Counted from the first letter of the stretch, positions 35,628-49,125 are shown. The stretch is 64,000 bases of DNA from Octopus sinensis (GCF_006345805.1 NC_042998.1:121396001-121460000), one strand, 5' to 3'. Notes: generated by a model from the sequence alone, not told the origin. Made by a program: numbers and translations.

Positions 35628-37021
35628 GTAAGTAAAGTTAGCAATAGGAAGTTCTAATTAAAGAAAACATGGGAAATATGGAATGTACGTACAAAGGAGA
35701 GGTGGTTCTCAATTTATTTTGGAGGCATTATTATCATCATCCATCTGTTCTCCATGTTGGTATGGATTATGGTTTGTCAGGATCTGGCCGCCCAAGGGGC
35801 TGTGTCGTGCTCCGTTGTCAGCTTTGGCATGGTTACTAGAATTACTTGGTCTAACTCTTGTCAGCATGAAAGAGTGGACGTAAAAATGAAGAAATGGCTA
35901 TGATTTAGGTTTTTCACCTGATTTGCTTCAAATTGTAATTCTAGAGTGATAAAGTTTAGGACAGTACTGGGGCTTGTTTCTATATTCATTGAACATGAAA
36001 ATATTTTGTATCTTTCATTCTTTTGAGTTTGCCAAATAGATGCTCAAGAGTTTACTATTGAGCTATGCATCTCAACTGTTCAAAAATGATATTAAGTAAA
36101 TATATAATTTCATATTATCAAAGGAATAAGCATGGTAAATAGAGCAATGTGGCAAATACCCCACCCCCACCCCACCCTTATATTCGTTCAGATTTATAAT
36201 ATTAAAACATGAAATTTGAGAAGTTAAATATAAAATATTTAGTGAAGTTCCAGACCAAGATGTGGTTTAAGTGAAGTTCTTTGTTACATTAAATACCCAA
36301 GATCTGGTATAGGCACACCTGTTTATGAGAATGCTCTAATAACTATTTCAAAAGGTTTTTGTTTGGATAGAAAGTTGAGTCTCTGATCCAACTGATGTAA
36401 AATTGTTTATGAAAATTAAATTGAAATGCTTATTGGCTTAAATAGTTTTATATATATATGAAATGTCCCTTAAAATTGATTATAGATTGGGAAGCAGTAT
36501 CAAGCCTATCATGCTTTGTTTTATCTGTTATTAATTGCATTAGCAATTAGTTAATTTAAGTATTTGTTGAATATGTAATTTATGATTACATATTTCAACT
36601 TTGAAAATATGTATGAAAATTAGGTAGTTACAATTAATTCCTGTTTTCCAGTTATTCCAGACTTCTCCAATTTTTCATTTACACATTTAATAATCAATGT
36701 TCATGCTATTTTTCTTGTTGACTTTATTAGGGCTCTGAAGTTGATTTAGTTCATTATTTCATTAATTTAGGTTCTATTTTCTGTAGCAGGTTCTGCTTGG
36801 GTGTAGTGTAGTGTAACTAAATTTTCAGGCATTAAATAAGTACAAAGTTTAAAATGTTTGATTTTTATAAATCTGGTTATTCAAATAGAACGAATTAAAA
36901 ATATTTGAAGATTTAAGTCATTTTTAGTGTGACAAGTATTTTAATTAACCAAGTACTAAGGTCCCTGAAAGATTTTAGAATAAGTCATTTGGGCTTTTCT
37001 GTTCTCTTTATTCTCTTGCAG

Positions 37022-37159
37022 GTAGAAAAAGGGAGTCAATAAAGCTTCTTGGCAATGGTCCACATCATTTTCTTGGTTACTGTTCTCTACCAGTTGAGCT
37101 CAGACAATGGAAACTACACAAGTTTGGCGAAGACATATGGGAAAATTAAATACGAAAAT
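37022..37159 (+). CDS. Candidate exon carrying a possible main start (ATG 37107: METTQVWRRHMGKLNTK)
   Basis: Strong acceptor CTTTTCTGTTCTCTTTATTCTCTTGCAG|G. Weaker donor AT|GTAAAT whose phase (2) fits the next exon. In-frame TGA at 37095 precedes the ATG. Confidence 0.55.
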
Positions 37160-39354
37160 GTAAATTTTTCATACCCTGATATATGACCTCAGCATAACCA
37201 AATGGTGTTGCATTGATTTTTGGACTGCTAATGGTAGCCTTAAATGCAACTGTCAACAATTGGTACAACATTCATTTGAAGTTCAGTCTAATTTGGAGAA
37301 TCAAAATTCTTGAGTGGCAAACATTGGTATCCAAATTTATTTTAGAGTTAGTATTTTCTAATTGATGGTAGTAAACAAATTTTTTTAAAGCTAACTACTT
37401 AATGCTAGTGTAGAAAGTAATGACATGTTGTTTTTAGAAAGTATACATTTGAAATTAATTTTAAATGCTGCTCTGTTTAAGAATGCTGGAATTCTTCATA
37501 TTAAACCATGCTTTATTTATTTTGCTTGAAATTTTGAATCAGTATTGAATAGAATTGTTTTGAAGCACTGTCTAAGTAATTCAGTAGCTAGTCTTCTGAT
37601 TTAATGAATTTCTTCATGCATATAAAATAGTTACAGTGTTGTATTGGATAGGTCTGAGTCACCATTTTAAGGACCTGATCCTGTCATCCAAAGTCTTATT
37701 AGTAATATACTTACTATTTTTGACAGTAACGGTTTTTTTCATTTTATTGAATATTTTTTAAAAGTATACTTTAGTTTATATTTGCCTTTCTGACTTTTTA
37801 TCTGAACAATTGGAACTATCACTTGCAGTAATTCTAGTTGTCCTTGTATACAGTTGATACAAAATTTATATCTCACTTGCTTATTAAGTTTTCTTTTTTC
37901 TTTTATTGATACCAGGGATGTGGAACTAGCTGTAAACTCATTTGGAAAAATTAGGTTACTGGAGTCAGCACTAACTGTGTGTGATTCCACAGATTCTATG
38001 ATTTGACTTGTGTTTTGCACTGAAAATAGTGTAATCATTCTATAACATTCACTTAAGTTTTGTATTCAATCCTTTAAATCTTGAAAACTGAGTTTCTTCT
38101 AAAATGATGTGTAAGTTACTTTAGGTGTTCAGTCTTTTAGTTTTAGTGCACTACATTTTTGAACTGGTAGTGAATTTTAATAGCTTATTTCTTAATTACA
38201 AACATGTCAAAGTTAATTTTGGTGGTCCATAAATTGAGTTGGTTTTGATATATAGTTTTCTTCATGATTGGAGTTTTAAATTCATATAACAAATTTATCA
38301 GACCCTGTTTAGCATTTTTGCCTACACCTATACAGTTTCCTGCATTTCAAGAATGTTTACTTTTACCACAAAAGCAAGCTATAGAGTGGTTCACCACAAT
38401 TTTCATGTTGTTGCTTAGTTTTCAGCTGTTTGTGTAATGATTCTTGAAGAAACAATGCAGCTTGTTTATGAAGTTTTGGTTTGATCTTGTCTTGGTCAAA
38501 GCTTATCGAAATCACAATGTGTGTAGGTTGTGACTCTTAAATCTGAGATGCATGCCAATCTATTGGATTCTACAGTTTACTGGATTTAGGTTTTTATCTC
38601 TTTTGAACATGTCAAGCATTTTTACTAAAGCCATAAACAAAACCTAATGATTTTGTAATCATCTTGTACGTTTGGTAATCTTTCCACTTGTATAATAGCC
38701 GGCCTTACCACCAATTGGTAGCAAATCATCCATCATGGTCATTGTTAATACACCTAGTTTTTGTCTAATTTCTGTCTACCAATTTCTCTCAGAAGGCATT
38801 GAGTTCAAGGCTATAGTGGAAAACACTTGCCCACTGTACTGTGCAGTGGTATGGAACTCAAAACCACATCGTTATATAGTGAATTTCTTCACTGCGTAGC
38901 CATGCCTAGAACTTGGAGACCTGCACAATAAGGTTCAATGTTGGAAAACTAAACTGAATAATTTGTAGGTTATTTTATTTTTTCCATTCCAATCAGCATA
39001 ACAATTTTTATTCAAGAATAAATACTGATGAATGCACTTACAAGCTATTTCTATTAAAATACACAATGCCCCAGTATGGCCACATTCTCTGACTGGAACC
39101 TGTAAAAGTAGCCTGTATATTTTAATTTACTTAAAATTAATCAAGAATTTGGAGAACTTCCAATGTTGGAAGGTTTAGGTTAGATTTATATTGCAGCACT
39201 TGATTGAATACAGGACTAGGACAATTTTGTGTAATAAAACCTGGGGTGGTATAAAAAGTGTAACATATTGTATAGTTGAATGTTTTGAGTTATATTACGT
39301 GTCAGCTGTATTAGAAAGAATTACAGATGGTAAAATAAAAAGATTTTCATAAAA

Positions 39355-39530
39355 TTGATTTCAAATTTGGCACAAGGCCAGCAATTTTGGGGGAGTGGTT
39401 AAGTTGATTACATTGAGCCTGGAGAGATGAAAGGCAAAGTTAACGTCTGCGAAATTTGAACTCTCAGTGTAATGATGGATGAAATGCCACTATGCATTTT
39501 GCCTAGCATGCAGACAATTCTGCCTTTAAA
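39355..39530 (-). mobile_element. SINE fragment, Meta-domain-like family
   Basis: GATTTCAAATTTGGCACAAGGCCAGCAATTTT...GATGAAAGGCAAAG...AATTTGAACTC, related to 14683-14830. Confidence 0.65.
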
Positions 39531-39974
39531 GATTTTAGTAATGTTAAAATTGCTTCTCAGTAGTGACCTTGAGGATGTATTTCTGTCCACCTTTGGAACA
39601 GTTGTGTGGGTGTGTCTGCTGTAGAGGTGTCGCCCACCCCCCTGCCTTGGGATATGTGTGTGTGTCTAGGATGTAAATATATAAGAAAGTGACTGCTTTT
39701 AAAAGCAACATTCTCTTCATATTTTTCAAATAGCATTCTAATCTCCTTTGTTTTCTTCATCGTTTTAACACCCACTTTGCATGGGTTGAACAGAATTTTT
39801 ATTGTAGCAGACGTTCTACAGCTGGATGCCTTTCTTGTCTCTAACCATTATGTTTTCAAGCAAGGTAATATTTTTCCATGGCTAGATATGTTCCTGCAGA
39901 ATTGGAAATGAATAACAGTTGTACTCCTTTACTACTATCATGCAATGTCAGGACAAGGAGACAAATATACTCAC

Positions 39975-40130
39975 TACAGGTTTTATTCAATTTTTGTCTA
40001 CCAAATTCACTCAGGGTTTGGGGCTGTAGTAAGAAAACACTTTCCCAGTGCTGCACAGTGGGACTGAACCAAAAATCTTGTGGCTGAGAAGCAGCAAACT
40101 TCTTAGCTGCATGGCTGTGTCTGCACCTAT
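39975..40130 (-). mobile_element. SINE family A head fragment
   Basis: TTTTGTCTACCAAATTCACTCAGGG...GTGGGACTGAACC. Confidence 0.75.
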
Positions 40131-40779
40131 TTTACTGCTGTAAAATGGAGGACTCTATAAATTTACTTTAGTCATTTCAAGATAAGTTATATTTTAAATC
40201 ATTATATAAAGAAATGTTGAAGTGTTTTTGTTTTTTTTTCTTCTTTTTTCAAAATACATTTTGGACATAAAATAAATGTTTACAAATCATTATCATTCAC
40301 ATGCTGATATCTACCAACAGAAAATGATATGCTTGTTAATGTAGGTTAGATATGTTTCTCTATTTTACACATATTTTCTTAAAATTGTTTTCATTTACAT
40401 ATTTAAGGATGGTAGATTTTGAAATTCCTTCTATTCAGTTACCTTGTAGTTTTTATCTGTGTATATGTATTTGTATATGGTATTCTAATTAAAATTTGAA
40501 TTGGGTTTATTTTGTAAATTATTTGTAACAAAGATTGTATTGATGAATTTTACTTTATTCCTATTTTCATGAGCATCTTTGCAGTTAAATATTAAAGCTA
40601 TTTGAAGATGAGCTTCCCACTCTTTGGAGTTCTCATGATAGTTTTAAGGACATTAATACTGCAATGTCTGCCTAATCATAATAAACTTGAGTTCTGTTAA
40701 GTTACAGATGATGTAAAATATAGTCCATACTAGATATGTTTTTGAAATGCTATTATAATTGCTTATTCTTCCTTTTCAG

Positions 40780-40837
40780 AAAAGCTAACAACATGCAAAG
40801 CCCAAACAGGCAGTCGAGTAACAGTGATTACAACTCG
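40780..40837 (+). CDS. Small coding exon of an unidentified plus-strand gene (KANNMQSPNRQSSNSDYNS); ATG 40793 in AACAACATG context
   Basis: Acceptor CTTATTCTTCCTTTTCAG|, donor TCG|GTAAGT, 58 bp, open frame, unique sequence. Protein not recognised and downstream exons not found. Confidence 0.75.
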
Positions 40838-40867
40838 GTAAGTGATTCAGTTCCTTTCCTACAGCTA

Positions 40868-41779
40868 TCTTTATATATATAAAACTGAGAATGTGTGTCT
40901 GTCTGTGTGTTTCCCTAAAACTTGAGAACTACACAACCAATTTCATTCAAATTTTACACATGCCTTACTTAGGATCCATGTAGTTTCATGGGCAAAAAAA
41001 ATGTTCAACTTCTTGCCAAGAGCGAGCCCATAGCAATATCATATCTTCTCCATTATTTCAGTATTACTTGTTAAAAGTGAAACAAAAACATTTCTCTATT
41101 TTATGTCAGATACTTTCACTTTAACAATAAAAATAATAACAATTGAATTATATGTAGTAAGTAATAATTAGATTATTTGCTAATTAGCTAGCATTAAGCA
41201 TTCTACTGAGTACCACTGTTAGTTTATTTCTGATCCATAAAGGCCTATGGCTTCAACAGAGTACTGCTTTTTGGTTTACCGTAAGGTTTGTTATTATTAT
41301 TTCTGTTTAACTATTGTTATCACGTTTGTTGGTTACTCGTAAGGGAAGCGTTGTTGTGTTGCATTTGTTAAATAATTGTAAACTGTAACCCTCCCCCTTT
41401 GGGAGAAGGAGCTTTGGTTATTGTTTAAAAATTGAATTGTGTTCCTGTTTGGGGAAATTGACAATATTTTCACCGTTTATACGGAAGTATTTTTGTTAAG
41501 ATGTCTTCGATTGAAGAAAATGAATTTCGCTGCAGCCGTCAGATTGTAGCCACACTTCTATACAAGAGGGAGGACAAGATACAATTGATTGAAATTACAA
41601 GAGACGGGCTAACAATTCCAGTCTGTTATATATTTTGAGTATTATTATCACTAGCGATATCAAGATATAACCTTGTATTTTATGTGTAGATGTATATATA
41701 TATAGATGTACATGTAATATGTACACATATATACATCCACTAGCACTATGACCTGGCAAAGACGAGTCTTTAATGCTAG
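40868..41779 (+). mobile_element. Non-autonomous Helitron, complete termini
   Basis: A|TCTTTATATATATAAAACTGAGAATG start and GACCTGGCAAAGACGAGTCTTTAATGCTAG|T end. First ~260 bp match 9752-10009. Confidence 0.8.
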
Positions 41780-42350
41780 TCATTCTATAATCATAGGATA
41801 GTAATTAGGAATAGAATATTCAGACGTTACCAGGGTTTCTTTCTTTTTTTTATTATTATTATAACCTTCCAAACTTTTCATTTCTATATCTTGAATCTGT
41901 AGGCATTTCTATTTAAATGAAAGGTTTATTACAAAATTCAGTAGAATGTTAATTCAATCAAACTGAAATAATCATTGTCAAAATCTAGTGGAGATTAGTT
42001 TAACTTTGTGTGTGTGCATGCATAATGTATATATACAAATAAAATGTGTGTTTGTGTGTGTGTAAGTTAGTATCTCCTTGTCTTGATATTGTGTAATTAT
42101 AGTTGATGCATGTCACCATTGTGCAATTAGTGTCAATTTACATTCTTCTGTGAGGACATGTTCACTACAAGGAAACATTACCTTACTTAAATCAGGTAGG
42201 TCATTTATGCATAAAAATAAACTGCCCCCTTATATTTCCTTTGGATCCATACCTGCATATAAAAGGTAACATTAAATAGAGTTTAATATGCATGTGGGTG
42301 TATATATTTTTAGATACAAGTGTTTCTAGGTATGTATGCCTGTGTGTATT

Positions 42351-42388
<38 letters not shown>

Positions 42389-42391
<3 letters not shown>

Positions 42392-43432
42392 ATGTTTGGT
42401 TATGAAGTTTACTTCAGAACCACATGGTTTTCTATTCAGTCACACTGTGAAGTACCTTGGTCAAGTGTTTTCTGCTATAGTATTGCACTGGCAGAAGCTA
42501 AAACAAATCCATTGTATAAGTGTAGGTGTGTTTGTTAGGTGTAGGTGCACATATGTATATTCTGTCTGTATGTGTGTTTATATGTTCTTGTATGTATATT
42601 ATATGTATATTTGTACTTGCTTTCGTATGTATATATGTATGCATATATAAATGGTAGATATGTGCACGTGTGCCCCACCATACATGTGAATATGTATATA
42701 AATATCTATATGGGCATATGTCTCAACATTTAACGTCTGCCTTCCATGCTGGCATGGGTGGGCAGTTTGACAGAGGCTTACAAAGCTGGGAGCCAATGAG
42801 AATGATGTCATCATTTAACATCCATCTTCTATGCCGGCATGGGCTGGATGGTTTGACAGGAGCTGCTTTAGCATGGTTTCTATGGCTGGATGCCGTTCCC
42901 AACAACCACTTTACTGAGTACTGGGTGATTTTTATATGGCACTAACACTAATGAGTTTGCCGAGTAATTTGCATGATGAAGACCTCTTAGCTGAGAGAAG
43001 GAGTGGAACTGAGGAAAATGGTTTTGTGCCACCTGAGAGGTTACAGTATAATGGAGAGATACGAGGCAGGTGACTTACTACAGAGAGCATGCTCAACTAC
43101 TCCAGTTCGAAAGGAAAGGAGAGAAACAGTCCATGAGGGACAGTAATGGATGGTGTTTTAACACTTATGTTCCATCTCTTTGTTCAATAATAATGTGAGG
43201 TGTGTGAGTGTGTATATACATAGATGTGTGTGCGTATATATATTTATCTCTATGTATGTGTGTCAGTTTGTGTATATGTGTGTGTATATATATGTATATG
43301 AATATATATATATATCTGTTTATATGTATGGCTTGCTGCCTTCTGGCTTGCCAGGCAATAAGTCAAACTGCCCAACACATCCCAGTAAGGAGAACGGATT
43401 TTAAACAGTGACAAAGATATATATATATAAAT

Positions 43433-43465
<33 letters not shown>

Positions 43466-44497
43466 GGATGTTTGGTTATGAAGTTACTTCAGAACCACAT
43501 GGTTTTCTATTCAGTCACACTGTGAAGTACCTTGGTCAAGTGTTTTCTGCTATAGTATTGCACTGGCAGAAGCTAAAACAAATCCATTGTATAAGTGTAG
43601 GTGTGTTTGTTAGGTGTAGGTGCACATATGTATATTTCTGTCTGTATGTGTGTTTATATGTTCTTGTATGTATATTATATGTATATTTGTACTTGCTTTC
43701 GTATGTATATATGTATGCATATATAAATGGTAGATATGTGCACGTGTGCCCCACCATACATGTGAATATGTATATAAATATCTATATGGGCATATGTCTC
43801 AACATTTAACGTCTGCCTTCCATGCTGGCATGGGTTGGGCAGTTTGACAGAGGCTTACAAAGCTGGGAGCCAATGAGAATGATGTCATCATTTAACATCC
43901 ATCTTCTATGCCGGCATGGGCTGGATGGTTTGACAGGAGCTGCTTTAGCATGGTTTCTATGGCTGGATGCCGTTCCCAACAACCACTTTACTGAGTACTG
44001 GGTGATTTTTATATGGCACTAACACTAATGAGTTTGCCGAGTAATTTGCATGATGAAGACCTCTTAGCTGAGAGAAGGAGTGGAACTGAGGAAAATGGTT
44101 TTGTGCCACCTGAGAGGTTACAGTATAATGGAGAGATACGAGGCAGGTGACTTACTACAGAGAGCATGCTCAACTACTCCAGTTCGAAAGGAAAGGAGAG
44201 AAACAGTCCATGAGGGACAGTAATGGATGGTGTTTTAACACTTATGTTCCATCTCTTTGTTCAATAATAATGTGAGGTGTGTGAGTGTGTATATACATAG
44301 ATGTGTGTGCGTATATATATTTATCTCTATGTATGTGTGTCAGTTTGTGTATATGTGTGTGTATATATATGTATATGAATATATATATATATCTGTTTAT
44401 ATGTATGGCTTGCTGCCTTCTGGCTTGCCAGGCAATAAGTCAAACTGCCCAACACATCCCAGTAAGGAGAACGGATTTTAAACAGTGACAAAGATAT

Positions 44498-44538
<41 letters not shown>

Positions 44539-44540
44539 AT
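42389..44540 (+). repeat. 1076-bp near-perfect tandem duplication
   Basis: 42389-43464 and 43465-44540 are identical except for single-base indels in short runs. Both junctions lie in (TA)n tracts. Confidence 0.95.
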
Positions 44541-44611
44541 GTATATGTATGTGTATACAGGTTTGTGTACATGTATGTGTGTGTATGTATATATATATAT
44601 ATATATATATA

Positions 44612-46432
44612 CGGTTTGACTGAGGACTGGTAAACCAGAAGGCTTCACTCGGTATAATCTGATCTGGCAAAGTTTCTACAGCTGGATGCCCTTCCTGACG
44701 CAAGCCACTCTGAGAGTCAGACGCTTCGGGCGACAGGAACGCTCAAAAGGTGCTAACTGCACGAGAGGCAGTCCGGCCACAATGGCAACAACCACGCTCG
44801 GATGTTGTTTTTCATGTGCCAGTAAGGCGACGTTGGCAGCGTTCACGATCAAGTGGTGCTCATTATGTACCGCCGGCACGAGAGCCAATCCGTGACCCTG
44901 GAAACAATCACACTAAGATGTGCTTTGCTTTTAACGTTCCACTGGCACAAGTACCAATCAGGTTGTGCTATCATTGGCCACATTAGCAATTTTGATTTGA
45001 TTTCACTTGCCTCAATAGGTCTTTGCAAGCAAAGTTTATTGTCCAATGGATGAGGGGTGTTCATAGCTGGTTACACCCACTGGCATGGCCACAGACTATG
45101 GTCGCATAAAGGTCTTGGTCACTAGTCATTGCCTTGGCAAGGACCAATGTTCAAAGGTTGTGCTTCACTACCTCATCCCAGGTCTTCCTGGGTCTACCTC
45201 TTCCACAAGTTTCCTTCGACTGCTAGGGTGTGGCACTTTCTCACACAGCTGTCCTCATTCATTTGCAACACTTTACAATACCAGTGCAGTCGTCTCTCTT
45301 GCACACCACATCTGCTGCTTCTTAAATCCAAATTTTCTCTCGGGGCGCTTACACTCTATTGTGTGTGCTCATAGACATTACACATCCAGTGGGGCATACT
45401 GGCTTCATTCCTTGCAAGCTTATGCATGTCCAAAGCAGTCATGGTGCATGTTTCACTGCCATGTAGCATGGCTGTTTGTTTGCATGCATCATACGGTCTA
45501 ACTTTTACTCTAAGTGAGTGGCCGTTTGTCACCAGCAGAGGGAGTATCTCCCTGAACTTTGTCCAGGCTGTACTTATTCTAGCAGCTGCACTGGAATGTA
45601 ACAGAAGCTGTTCTCTTCACATTTTCATGATCATTTGCAACATACAAAAAGTATCTTCCCAGTTAGCCTTCCTTTGATATTGCTGCACCTCTCATGTGTC
45701 TATATCTTACACTGGGTACATCTTATGGAGTTTCTACCTACTGCTTTTGTACAGATCATGTAGGGCCATCTACCTGAAGGGATTTGTGATTTGTCTGCCT
45801 TCCTAGGTTGACTCTAAGGCCCTTGGATTCTAATCCTTGCTTCCACACCTGAGATTTTTCCTCTAGTTCTGATAGTGACTCAGCAATTGGAGCAAGGTCA
45901 TCAGTATAGAGGAGCTCCCAAGAGCATCCTGTCTTGAATTCCTGTTTAGCCTGGAGGACCATGATGAATAAGAAAGGGCTGATGACTGATCCTTGGTGGA
46001 ACCCTACCCCTACACGGAATTCTTCACTGTACTCGTTGCCAACCTTCACCTCGCTGACAGCATCCCTGTACATGGCTTGCACAGCTCTCACTAACCATTC
46101 ATCTGTCCCTAGTTTCCTGACTGACCAACAGATAAGGGATCAGGGGATCGTATCAAAAGCTTTCTCTATGTCAACGAAAGCCAGGTACAGAGGTTTACCT
46201 TTGGCTAGGTATTTCTCTTGCAGCTGTCTTACCAGAAATATAGCATCAGTGGCAGTGGTGTTTCTCCCTGGCTGGAACCCAAACTACATCTCACTTAGAC
46301 TGACTCTCTCCCTAATTAGTTAGGCTATGACTTCCGTAAACTTCATTTCCTGATCTAACTGCTTGATACCTCTGTAATTATTTATATCAAAAGTATAACC
46401 TTTACCATTGTAACAGTTCACTATGATGCTAT
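44612..46432 (-). mobile_element. 5'-truncated RTE LINE with 3' UTR
   Basis: MRAVQAMYRDAVSEVKVGNEYSEEFRVGVGFHQGSVISPFLF...ELLYTDDLA is the same family as 5341-7483, with internal deletions. Confidence 0.93.
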
Positions 46433-46599
46433 GTGTTTGTATGTATATGTGTGTATATATATGTATGTGTGTATGTATATAGGTTTATATATATGTGTCT
46501 GTATTAGTATATGTGTGTGTGTATGTATATAAGTATATATGTGTATATATATTAGTATGTGTATGTGTGTATATATATCTCTATGTGTGTATACATATC

Positions 46600-47040
46600 A
46601 TCATAGTCATTTAGCACCCCTTTCCTTGCTGGCATGTTTTGGATGGTTTGCCTGAGGACTGGCAATCGAGAAGGCTGCACCAGGCTCCAATCTCGTCCAG
46701 CAAAGTTTCTACAGCTGTATGCCCTTCCTAACGCCAGCCTTTCAAGGTGTAATGGGTGCATTTACATGCCACCAGCACAAGGACTAGTCAGGTGGTGCTG
46801 GCAACGACCGCACTCAATTTGTGCCCACCACATCGCATGTTTTAAGTCGAACTTTTCTCTCAGAGCACTTGCACTCTGTTATGTATGCACACTGACATTA
46901 CATGTAACCAGTAGAGGTGGGAGTTTTCTGAAATTTGCCCAGGTTCTTATTCTAGCAGCTACACCCTCAGAGCATCCACCCCCACTAAATGTTTGGTGAC
47001 CTAGGTAAAGGAAGGTATCAACTACTTCTTGTTTTCCACC
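46600..47040 (-). mobile_element. RTE tail plus C-terminal ORF fragment
   Basis: CATCATCATAGTCATTTAGC...CCCTTCCTAACGCC tail followed by GGCSEGVAARIRTWANFRKL-like sequence. Confidence 0.75.
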
Positions 47041-47422
47041 CTGGAATGTGACATATGTATAGACATATATTTACATATCTAGACATCTATGTATGTGTGT
47101 GTGTATATATATACATAAAGGTGTGTATATATGTATCTTTATACATATATATGTGTGTGTATATGTATGTGTATATATAATGTTGGAAGATGTATAAGGC
47201 CAAGCAGTGCCAATAGCTTTTAAGATGAGGAAACATATGCTAAAAGTTACTTGATAATCTTTGGTTTTATGTGTATCCAATATTTTGGAAGATACAAGTC
47301 TTCTTCAGGGTTAAAAAGAAACTGTCCTCAAATTTTTCTTGTCTGACATATATGATTATATTTGCATATATGTATATTTAAATGTATATTTATGTACATA
47401 TTTGTGCATATATCCATATATG

Positions 47423-47698
47423 TGAAGGTGCATGGCTCAGTGGTAAGAGCGTGGAGCTTACGATCGTGGGGTGAGTTTGAATCCCAGGCCGGCAAGACAC
47501 TTTATTTCACGTTGCTCCAGTTCACTCAGCTGTAGAAATGAGTAGCTGTATCTGCTGTTGCCGTTCCCTTAGATGACACTGGTGGCGTGGGGAGGGGAGG
47601 TTGGTATGCATGGGCAAATGCTAGTTTTCTATAGACAACATTAGGCGGGTAACTTTTTAGGTGCAGTCCCATCGTCAGTCATGACTGAAGGGTGTCAC
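47423..47698 (+). mobile_element. tRNA-derived SINE, third family
   Basis: TGGCTCAGTGG A box, GAGTTTGAATCCC B box, core GCAAGACACTTTATTTCACGTTGCTCCAGTTCACTCAGCTG. The same first 20 bp recur at 57091. Confidence 0.8.
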
Positions 47699-47706
47699 AA
47701 TATGTA

Positions 47707-47744
<38 letters not shown>

Positions 47745-47849
47745 CCGGAGTAAACACAAATGTGAAACAAGGTGGAAAAAAGAGTACTCAAATACCAGTG
47801 GTAGAGTAATATGCTTTAGTTAAAGCAGCAGAAAATTCAACAAAACATA

Positions 47850-48518
47850 TATATATATATATATGTGTGTGTGTGTATGTATATGTATGTATATATACGT
47901 GTGTGTGTGTGTGTATGTATATGTATGTATATATACGTGTGTGTGTGGTATGTATATGTATGTATATATACGTGTGTGTGTGTATGTATATGTATGTATA
48001 TATACGTGTGTGTATGTATACATGTGTGTGTGTATATGTATATATATGTATGTATATATACATGTGTGTGTGTATGTGTATGTATATGTATGTATATATA
48101 CGTGTGTGTATGTATACATGTGTGTGTGTATATGTATATATATGTATGTATATATACATGTGTGTGTGTATGTATATATATATGTATGTATATATATATG
48201 TATGTATATATATATATGTATATATATGTATGTATATATGTATGTATATATGTATGTATATATGTGTGTGTGTGTGTATATGTATATATATGTATGTATA
48301 TATACATGTGTGTGTGTGTATCTGTATATATGTATGTATATATGTACCAGTATGCATATGTATTTGTGTGTGTGTAAATGTATATGTATATATTTTTTTT
48401 CCATAGTTTCAGCTCATACCTCATGCCGTTTTGCTATACATACATATGCATCCAGATATGTATGTGTATATATGTGTATATATACGTATATATATTTATA
48501 TATATATATGTGTGTGTG

Positions 48519-48565
<47 letters not shown>

Positions 48566-48574
48566 GTATATAAT
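47850..48574. repeat. Compound TA/TG/TGTA microsatellite with higher-order units
   Basis: Recurring TATATAC(G/A)TGTGTGTGT...ATGTATATGTATG blocks. Confidence 0.95.
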
Positions 48575-49033
48575 CCATGCTAGCATGGAGAACGGACGTT
48601 AAACGACGATGAATCTGACCGTACAACAGGCACCCATGCCAACCCCCTTGCTTGCGAAGACATGTTGGGGCAAGCGCAATCGAAATCGAATTGAACCAGC
48701 CAGGATCCCTGGTCTGGTGGTACGTAAAAAGCACCATCCGACTCGTAGCCGATGCCAGCACCGCCTCGTCTGGCTTCCGTGCCGGTGGCACATAAAATAC
48801 ACCAATCCGACCGTGGCCGTTGCCAGCCTCGCCTGGCACCTGTGCAGGTGGCACGTAAAAAGCACCCACTACACTCACGGAGTGGTTGGCGTTAGGAAGG
48901 GCATCCAGCTGTAGAAACACTGCCAGATAAGACTGGAGCCTGGTGCAGCCTTCTGGCTTCCCAGATCCCCGGTCGAACCGTCCAACCCATGCTAGCATGG
49001 AGAACGGACGTTAAACGACGATGATGATGATGA
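48575..49033 (+). mobile_element. RTE 3' UTR insertion preceded by a copy of its own last 38 bp
   Basis: CCATGCTAGCATGGAGAACGGACGTTAAACGACGATGA at 48575-48612 and 48987-49024. Confidence 0.9.
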
Positions 49034-49125
49034 TATATATATGTATATATATATGTGTGTGTGTATAGATATATATATGTATAGATGCGTATATACATAT
49101 CTATAGATGTATATCTATGTGTATG

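Noticed and set aside
37055-37186. ORF MVHIIFLVTVLYQLSSDNGNYTS... resembling a signal peptide
   Set aside because: It stops after 43 codons unspliced, or immediately after splicing to 40780. At most a further uORF, with no evidence for a secreted protein.
48414-48998. Recurrent ORFs starting MLAWVG... (also 23966-24298, 43822-44022, 59748-59963)
   Set aside because: They are antisense readings of the non-coding RTE tail palindrome, and recur only because the repeat recurs.
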